DNA from: Octopus bimaculoides
Lineage: Eukaryota
Direction: 5' to 3'
Length of the DNA: 64,000 nt
NCBI RefSeq assembly: GCF_001194135.2
Contig: NC_068982.1
Coordinates: forward strand, 142,331,661 to 142,395,660
Under the pieces are notes generated by a model. That model was given only the letters and a program-made list of their open reading frames with translations. It was not told the DNA's origin and searched no databases. Made by a program: the position numbers and the translations under genes. Below are positions 55,650-64,000 of this stretch, one piece after another (within the stretch, counting starts at the first letter, position 1; each line of letters opens with the position of its first letter).

Positions 55650-57470
55650 CCAAACACGATCTTCATTTTCTGAATACATAACCTACAGTCATCAGATTCT
55701 TCCAGGTTATATGTATCCTCTATACAGCAGGCTTTGTATTGTGGGATTGGTTCTGGATTGTGAATATTAGACTTTCATATTCATGCTTTAGGACTCCCAA
55801 AGTTCAGCCAATCCCAAGACTGTTCGACTGGTTTGATTTTATCGTCCTCCTATCCCTTTCAATTGAATCACACCTACGATATATTGCTGCCTTTGATAAT
55901 ACAATCCCACCGTTTATATGTAATCTCCCCATGTATACTGTGTGCCATATTTCCAGCATATGGTGAGTTTCATATTCTCTATAGCTATTTCTCATATAAA
56001 CCTAAACCACCACTCGACTATTTGTGCTTCGATTCAGCAATAACCGTATAATATATCATTTTATTCTTACTACAACTTTGAAGTTAATAGGCCTTCAATT
56101 TGCTCTTCAACCAAGGATATATAAATGACAATTTTGAGTTCTATATTTCGCAAAATTATGGTATAGGTCAGCACCTAGCTTTGGCATTCTGCACCCCTTT
56201 TGCGTTTCTGATAATAGATCTCTCTTGTCCCAAATGCTATACATTTCCTCTACTCAGATGCCACTTATAAATTTCAAGATCTATGCTAAGCATGAAATAT
56301 GACTATAATCATTGACGCACTAGCTTAACTTTGCCCATTTGTATTAGACTCGACTTTCATTTTGTCATCCATGTTGATGTTTCATTTTCTTATAGATTCA
56401 CTAAAAAAAAAACGTTGTACATAGAAGTGTATACTTCCGAGATTTCTTAGACAGAAATCCCTGGACACCATCTGCTCCAAAGTTTTTAAAATTTGGTATT
56501 GTTTTAATATTACAGTTCTATATTTAAGAGAAGAGGAATTATTGACATTATTTACATTTGACGGATATTTGTCCTCGTCTTGTCTGTTTTTAACACAACG
56601 TTTCAGTTGATATACCTGTTCATTCCACTTATAATGTTTTTGGCTCTTAAATTCTAACCAGAATTCTCTTGATGCTTCGGACTTTGGCACACCATTCCTT
56701 CATTCCCATGGTTCCCTGCTGGAAAGACTTATTTTCATTGTTCCTAAAGAACCTGTTCTACTGATAGCAATTATTTCGATATTGGTATCTAGATTTGTCC
56801 TTACATGCCTTAAATCTCTGTTTTATCTCTTCTTTAGTTGGAATCCCCTGTGTCTGATGCCGAACGTTCTTTGTAGCGCATTCTTTGTCTTTCCGTCATG
56901 TTTTCAATTAATACGTTTATCCCTTTTGAGCTGTTCAACTTGATCCTCAAATTTTACTTCCACCGTTGTTTCGTGGAGATTTTACCTCATCAATACCTAC
57001 TTCAAAATCAGCTTCCCACTATGCATTTGTTATACTCTCAACAGTTATTTTTTGACGTTGTTTAGCCTCTTTACTACTTTACACAATTTTTTCCCCTTTC
57101 AAAGTTTGTTATCTCGTTTTTTCCATTTAATTTGTATCACAATTTAACGTTTAAGTAAGCTCCTTTTCTCCTGTAATATACATCTCCGAAGTAAAACTTG
57201 CTTTCACTCTTGTTTCTATATCTCCTATAATTGATTTTTCTTTTTCCTATTTCCTATTCAATTTTCTCTTTCACGTAGCTATGTTCTCCGGCTTCTACAG
57301 TTTTGAAGATCTCTCTCAGCTCAACTGCAATAGTCATTGTCATTTCATAATTATATATTTTTAGGTGTACAAATCTTTGTTCCTTCAATGGCTAATTTAT
57401 GCTTCCTTTTCCTACATCTTATTTCCAGAGAGTCCCTTCTGTAAAACATTTCATAACAAATCTATTGAAA
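55650..57470 (-). mobile_element. Decayed R4/Dong-like LINE, N-terminus to zinc knuckle, RT core largely deleted
   Basis: Ordered motifs: VMKCF..EQRF..VELRE (57460-57310); EEIKQRF (~56830); SEASREFW (~56670); IPNFK..GADGVQGF (~56480); QKGCR (56188-56202); SWDWL..LKHEYESLIF (55819-55760); DDCRLC (~55680). Confidence 0.75.
56524..56616 (-). mobile_element. Penelope-type repeat fragment inserted into the R4 relic; carries the 3' half of a hammerhead
   Basis: Interrupts R4 coding motifs; minus strand 'ggtatatcaact GAA ACGT T gtgtt' at 56592-56616. Confidence 0.45.
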
Positions 57471-57489
57471 TTTTAAGACCTGTTTTCCT

Positions 57490-58500
57490 AATGCTGGCAG
57501 CAGGGTGCTTCGCTGAATACTGATATTATTTTTATCATCGGATTCCACATTCCGTTCATTTTGATCTCCGCTCTGGATATATGGTCAGCTGAAATGTGAT
57601 TTTCATGGAATTGGTCATTTTGGAAGGTATATCATCGTTTTTAAATGCATGCCTTCTGTTCTTCACTTCTTGGTTTTTATAACGGTTTCAAACTTGTGGA
57701 CTTGTAAGATTTTGTCAATGTGGATGAGTATAACCGAGAGGATGGTGACATCGTTGTTTGGCTTATTCCTACCCCTTGTCACTTACCCTGTATAACCCTT
57801 GCCTGAGTAGGTACGCGTTATCTTGTTATGCATGTCAATGCATTCGGTCGTTACTAGTTTCCAGGCATCCAGAAACCATGCTGTTAGTGGATTATTCCAC
57901 TTCAGACTCATCTGTTCCATCATTCCTGGTGCGATATTAATAGGATCTGAATGAAACAAACTTATTTTCTACAATAATTATCAGATTTTCTGTCTCTGCT
58001 TTCAGTACAGTGCCATAAAGATTTTGTTCTATCTACATTTGGCTCGCGTCTGCCTTTTCCAGTCCTTTTGATTACATCCCTTGCGTTATCTTGTCCCCAC
58101 CTTGTTTTCTACAGTTGAATCTGATCATGGAGTTTTGCATTCTAGTTCAATCGGATGGTGTAAATTTTTATCACTTCGTTATTTGTCAGTTTGATTTGTG
58201 AGATATCAATCTCTTATTTGAAATGCTCTGCTTCTTTTCTGATTGAGCATATCTGATATTTTATGATTCGGAAGTGTGATTGTTTTCAGTTTCTGCGTTA
58301 GCTTCGCTTCCAGATCTTTAGTAGCAATATTAAAGATTAGTTTTGAGGTAAATTAGATCTCATTCTCCAAAGCTCTTTGTCGATGCAGCCTGCCGACATT
58401 TGCTCTCGGGTGGTGATTGGGCAGATGAGTTGGCCATCGTGATGTGAATAACTCATAGATGAACATTTTCTATTGAATAAATTGCGCTACTACACGAAAT
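57490..58500 (-). mobile_element. Decayed R4/Dong-like LINE 3' half (thumb, zinc knuckle, RLE)
   Basis: HPRANVGRLH (~58410), AKLHDQ (~58130), LKAETENLII (~58000), VSGC..HN (~57870), NDVTIL..IHIDK (~57750), EIKMNGMWNPMIKIISVFSEAPC (~57570-57500). Confidence 0.7.
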
Positions 58501-59216
58501 CCTTCCATTAGCTGACGTCTGTGTGCACTGTACGTACATAGTGATGGCTTGCCAAAAATGCGTTCATGTTTGTGTTCCATATATCCACTATACAGTCCGC
58601 CTGAATAGATGTGTTGCCAAAACCATTTTCAATTTTATGTGTCATATATCAGAGAAAACAGCCAGATTGCTTCTATCCTACACCAAGTCATTAAATACTA
58701 GAGTCGGTGAAATGAAATCAATGTTTATATTCAAGGAACAGGTGTACACGTAGAAACCTGCACATAAGATATTCCTGTTGTCTTTCAGTGTGATTAATAA
58801 TAGAAATTTTTTTAATCGAATCCTGTTTCCGCGACGAAGCGCATTCATTTAACAGCGGAATCAGTGGAATATATCTACGACTAACATTCATACGTAATTA
58901 TCTTCACAATTGTGCGTTTCTTATTTGTAAGACATCAAAGAAATAGCCCCACAGCAAAAATGCCAATTATCGCTACGAAAACATTCTTGTAAATTGTTTT
59001 TAGATACTACCAATAATATTCGCTGAAGATTATAGCTACATGTGCGGAAAAAGTAAATTACCTACAAGAGTAAGTAAGAAATTACTAAAAAAACAAATTT
59101 GTTGGATTTCTTTCGTTATATTTTTTATATTTTTATGATAATAGAAGTGAAATCAATAAGAATTGGTAAGCGAATAACACACATCCAATCACATATACGT
59201 ATACACATATATACAC

Positions 59217-59269
<53 letters not shown>

Positions 59270-62200
59270 NNNNNNNNNNNNNNNNNNNNNNNNNNNNNNN
59301 NNNNNNNNNNNNNNNNNNNNNNNNNNNNNNNNNNNNNNNNNNNNNNNNNNNNNNNNNNNNNNNNNNNNNNNNNNNNNNNNNNNNNNNNNNNNNNNNNNNN
59401 NNNNNNNNNNNNNNNNNNNNNNNNNNNNNNNNNNNNNNNNNNNNNNNNNNNNNNNNNNNNNNNNNNNNNNNNNNNNNNNNNNNNNNNNNNNNNNNNNNNN
59501 NNNNNNNNNNNNNNNNNNNNNNNNNNNNNNNNNNNNNNNNNNNNNNNNNNNNTGATAACTTTGTGTAGTATGTGTGTGTGTATGTGTGCGTGTGTGTATG
59601 AATGCAATTAAGGCTTCTCTACTTAAGATGTGGTAAAACCACAGACTGTATCATACTAAATAAGTATATGATATAGATGAACGGGCTGCAGGAATTTTCT
59701 AAGGAATCACTAATATAATTGGTTGACAGTTTTCTCCCTCTTGAAAGTATGCGATGTGAACATGCGATGTGAATCCTATATGTAGTCACTAGGTGAAATG
59801 AATCTAGATACTCCCTACAAGAATTATTTCCATACTTATGTGCCAAGCAAAGTCTCCTTGGTTTAATCACGAAATACCGGCTCCGAAATATTAGTTCTAT
59901 GATTTGGATTTTAATAACACACAACTGATATTATAAATATGTATAGTAGATATTTGCAACATTCGTAGAAAAGAATATTGAATTTGGAGAGAACTGAAAT
60001 GGTTTCTAAACTTTTGTCTTTTTCATTTCGCCACTGATTTGCGTTATATGTTAAATATAAGTAAATTGTATTGTACATGTATTATATCAAATATTAATCT
60101 ATAATAGCAAGATCTCCTATATATACTTATCCAAATGAAATTACACAATCTAATACCACGCAAACTACATTCAACACGACCTCATATTTACTCGTATAGC
60201 TAAGTCAATCGATATTATAGGATTATGCAAATTTCTACTAATTATATAATCTCTTAGACAATCTATCGTGTGTCACTTGTGAGAATAAGTTATTTCGTTC
60301 GGTCCGAACTGAATTATTAAATAATAGGTTACAAATATTGAATTACGGGGGACACTAATTTCCTCGGTCTACCAACTTGACACTCATCGGATTTACATTT
60401 CTGCGTACTGCCATTGTATATCACAGTGAGAACTAAGTATTACACTGACCTCTATATTCATGTAACCATCTACACCAGAACAAAATGAGTGTTAGATCCA
60501 TATGCACCATCAATTAGTGGAAATGTTACCCAATAAAATAGTTATCTGATAATTAGTGTCTATTTGTTTATGCTAAATATTTTTCATGTGATATTGTCAT
60601 GTCTCATAGTTGTTCTAACGTTGAATTGTTGTTAAGCATTTTTTAAAAACAACAGTGATGTATTGCATACATAAACCCTTATTTACACGTAAGTGAAATC
60701 ATTACATTTGGGAAGAAGGGTGTTGCAGTCCACGAGAAAATATAAACGCTACAAAATATCAGAAGCTTTCGATGTTCCCTGGTGAAAAATTCTCTCAGTT
60801 GTTTCTTATTTATACTGAAATCTGTAATATATGTGTATTTGCGCTGGACGTGTGTTTGTTCAAACAGCTGCACATATATACTAATAAGAATAGCATCGCT
60901 TAATTATGCATGCGTGGCGTGTTCTAGCATATATGCATAATGTTACACGCGCACGAGAATAAATATGAGTGTGTATCTGAATAGGGATATGTAAGAATGT
61001 GATTTACGATGTGTGCATGTATGCGTTAATGTGTGTGTTTGTGTACGTGTGTAGGTGTTTGGGGCGTATTTGTACGTTTATTCCAGTGCGCATATAGATA
61101 AATGTCTGTTTCATTAAATAGCGTTCTTATATAGTATCAGTAACAGCAGATACTGAAACAGAATATATGATTATACTTGGGATTGACAGAGCCCTTGGCA
61201 CTGGATATATGCTTCACGTGTGATAAGCAACAACAAAAACAAAAACAGAAGTAAAATCAACGAGAGAGAAAAATAGCAAATATGAGAGAAAAAAATCTGC
61301 GCTTCGGTGTCTGTTTCTCTTCGTCAGATCTTTTGTAATTTAATTTTTAGTTATAGTTTTTAGTTTTATTCATCTGATTTTTATGAGATCAAATTTTCCT
61401 GACATGCATATTTCACATTTAAACTTATTTAAACTATTTTTTACATAATTAGTATTAAATATTTCAGTTTCAGAACTTTTATTGATCTACATTGCTAAGC
61501 AAATCATGAAATGGGCTTCAATTTTTTTTTTTATTTTCCTATTACTCTACGTTTTTCTATTTGGTTTTATTTTTTATTCTTTTACCTCTATTTTTATTTT
61601 CATTTTAATATGTGTGCTATTGCTTCAATATTTGGTAAATCAACTGAAAAACAGAGGCGTCTCGCTGTCTCCATTGACAAAAAAATTCATAATAAAAATA
61701 TTTCATTTGAGGCTACATTATTTCGCGTGCTTTTTTATTGTTATTTATGTTTAATAATTAGAGTGTAGGTTTATACTATCTTAGCATACTTTACAGTGAA
61801 GGGAAACAAATTGCTCTCAGTGAATTATTGTAGTTTTATAGTTTATGATGCATTAGAGCGAGCGGAATTCCCACTCCGCCATCTTTCATATTGCTTCCAA
61901 TTATTTTCAAGTTTGACGTTTAGATAGAAAACATTATGTACACGACAATGACCATTTATAAACCAAAGATCATTTCCCAGAGAAAAAAAAACTATAATTT
62001 AAATCAATAACTGTGTAACGCAGACCTAGTCTTATAACGATACATGAGACACTCGATTTACAAATTCTCTTCATGCGTTCTAGTTCATGACCATTGGCAT
62101 TACAATAATAAAGAACTGGTTCAAATTAATTGGTTAGAAATTCGCTAATATCTAGAAGCTTAATTAATGCTAAATATGATTATTTAATCATGTTTAATTA

Positions 62201-62421
62201 ATTTCTGATATTAAGCTTAATTTGTAAACTAAAATGTTTGAAAACCTAGTGGCATATATTCTGCCTCATACAATTTTGGATTTGCTATTCAGCATCTTAA
62301 AGTAACTGAACCAGTCAGATAAACAAGTATACGATGTTCTAAGGTAGAGCCAATCATCAGATATATTATAACTTGCCATAATCTGAAACAGTCTATTTAA
62401 TGTATATGTAATGTCTATGTA

Positions 62422-62745
62422 GTGGAGGTGCAATGACCCAATGGTTAGAACAGTGGACTCGCGGTCATAGGATCGCGGTTTCGATTCCCAGACCGGGCGT
62501 TGTGAGTGTTTATTGAGAGAAAACACCTAAAAAAGCTATACGAGGCTCCGGCATGGGATGGTGGTGAACCCTACAAGGGCCAGCCTTGTCACACTGTGTC
62601 ACGTTGAATATCCCCGAGAACTACGTTAAGGGTACACGTGTCTGTGGAATGCTCAGCCACTTGCATGTTAATTTCACGAGCAGGCTGTTCCGTTGATCGG
62701 ATCAACTGGAAACCTCGACGTCGTAAGCGACGGAGTGCCAACAAC
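62422..62745 (+). mobile_element. Full-length tRNA-derived SINE (head 1 + body 1 + tail Y) with 12-bp TSD
   Basis: A box TGACCCAATGG, B box GTTTCGATTCC, (CAA)n end; TSD aatgtctatgta at 62410-62421 and 62746-62757. Confidence 0.9.
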
Positions 62746-63129
62746 AATGTCTATGTAATGTATATTTAACAAGGCTGGGCGTGGTGTTGCACAGATTGAG
62801 AGCCGGATTATCCCTTAAAATGTCTAGTAAATGAAAACTGGTGATTTCTTTGTTTGGAAAACACGTATGTCTCGTACATAATGCACTTGGAATTGTAGAT
62901 ATAAAACAATCTGCTGCTAGTGAGTGTATTAGAAACCGATAAAGATTTTGACATTTTAGGTATGTTTTGTTTATACTAAGGCTTGCCTACAAATTCATGG
63001 ATATTACATTCAAATCAATTCTCTTCTCTCCAGGCTAGTTGATTTACATGGGTAACGTGTAAAGGATCTTGTTTTCGTTCAATCTTGCTTCAGGTCATCA
63101 CATTCAAATTTTGCTTTTCTTTTCTGTAG

Positions 63130-63236
63130 GAAATCGACAGTGCTGTGTTGTTGGAAAAAGGCGTTTCAGGGCGAAAATATAGTTTTCTAAACAAACCACG
63201 GAGTTTCATTATTTATCAATTAGATACCGTACGACG
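63130..63236 (+). other. Candidate internal exon (107 nt), unknown product
   Basis: Strong acceptor ttttgcttttctttttctgtag and donor GTAAAT; frame 0 is open, EIDSAVLLEKGVSGRKYSFLNKPRSFIIYQLDTVR. Confidence 0.25.
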
Positions 63237-64000
63237 GTAAATTCATGTAAGAAAGGCTTCCTTTCATGGATGATTAATGCAAAGAAACGACTCGGCCGTT
63301 CCTTTAAATACACTGCTTGTAGTGTTTTTAAATACCAACGATAGCGAAACATACACATCATAAAGTTCAGCTAAGAAAACTACTATACTTCAATCTTTTA
63401 TTGTATGGCAGATTCATAATGTTGTCTTTATCCATTTTTGACTCCATTAAAGTGGATGTTTTCATGCTTTATATCAAATGACAATCCTCGAAGTTCAAAA
63501 GACATAATTCTTAAATAGTTACTATTTCGTTTGAAGATCTAGTTCACCACAAATACCATCAAAGCTACAATAAAGAAGCAGCATGCACTTATTATTGTTA
63601 AGAGATAACCGACAATATAATTCAAGAAAGCCGAACTAATTAAGAGAAAATGATGCATTGCTGTTTAGACAGAAATGTCTTCCAGACAGAAGACTGTTGT
63701 CGCTTTATATTGTCCATTAATAAAAGCGAATGCTTTGTACAGGCAAATCACTCCCCAAATCTTATAACAGAAAGAATGTCATTCATAAGCTTTCCGTATT
63801 GACTTATTTTAGAAAATGGTTAATAGTTTCTTCCTATCAAATCTGTATATAGAAATCGTTTCTTTTGTATTTTGAGAAATCTATGCTATTAAAGTTGGTG
63901 TGTGTGTTAAAATTGTTTATCAGAGATCGCACATGAATCTGATTATGCTAGTATTAGTAGTATTAGTAATATAATTGTTACCATTTTTCATGTTACAATT

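Noticed and set aside
55660-55695. CTGATGA...GAAA on the minus strand as a hammerhead
   Set aside because: No stem II pairing; it lies within R4 coding sequence. CTGANGA hits at 25273, 25365, 25583 and 47670 were rejected for the same lack of stems.
62424-62495. tRNA gene
   Set aside because: The A and B boxes belong to a SINE head continuous with SINE body, tail and TSD; the same applies at 20070-20140 and 29425-29495.

Overview
AT-rich (roughly 30% GC by eye) eukaryotic DNA, extremely rich in microsatellites, with 13 N-gaps (~4.5 kb in total). The SINE/LINE families and the (TA)/(CA)/(TAA) load fit a coleoid cephalopod, probably Octopus (inference from recalled repeat sequences, not a database search). 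No intact protein-coding gene is recognisable: nearly all ORF-track entries are microsatellite or gap artefacts, and the window looks like a long intron or intergenic region. Supported content: at least four tRNA-derived SINE families (three copies with target-site duplications), two 5'-truncated CR1/L2-type LINE ends, four relics of RLE-endonuclease (R4/Dong-like) LINEs, tentative RTE, Helitron and Polinton/Maverick-like coding relics, and a 96-bp near-perfect inverted repeat. The most interesting signal is a set of Penelope-type minimal hammerhead ribozyme motifs. The best one (9482-9532, minus strand) has a complete fold with the catalytic C3-G8 pair swapped to G3-C8. A few low-confidence exon and recursive-splice candidates are listed. 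All protein similarities are manual translations compared with remembered motifs.
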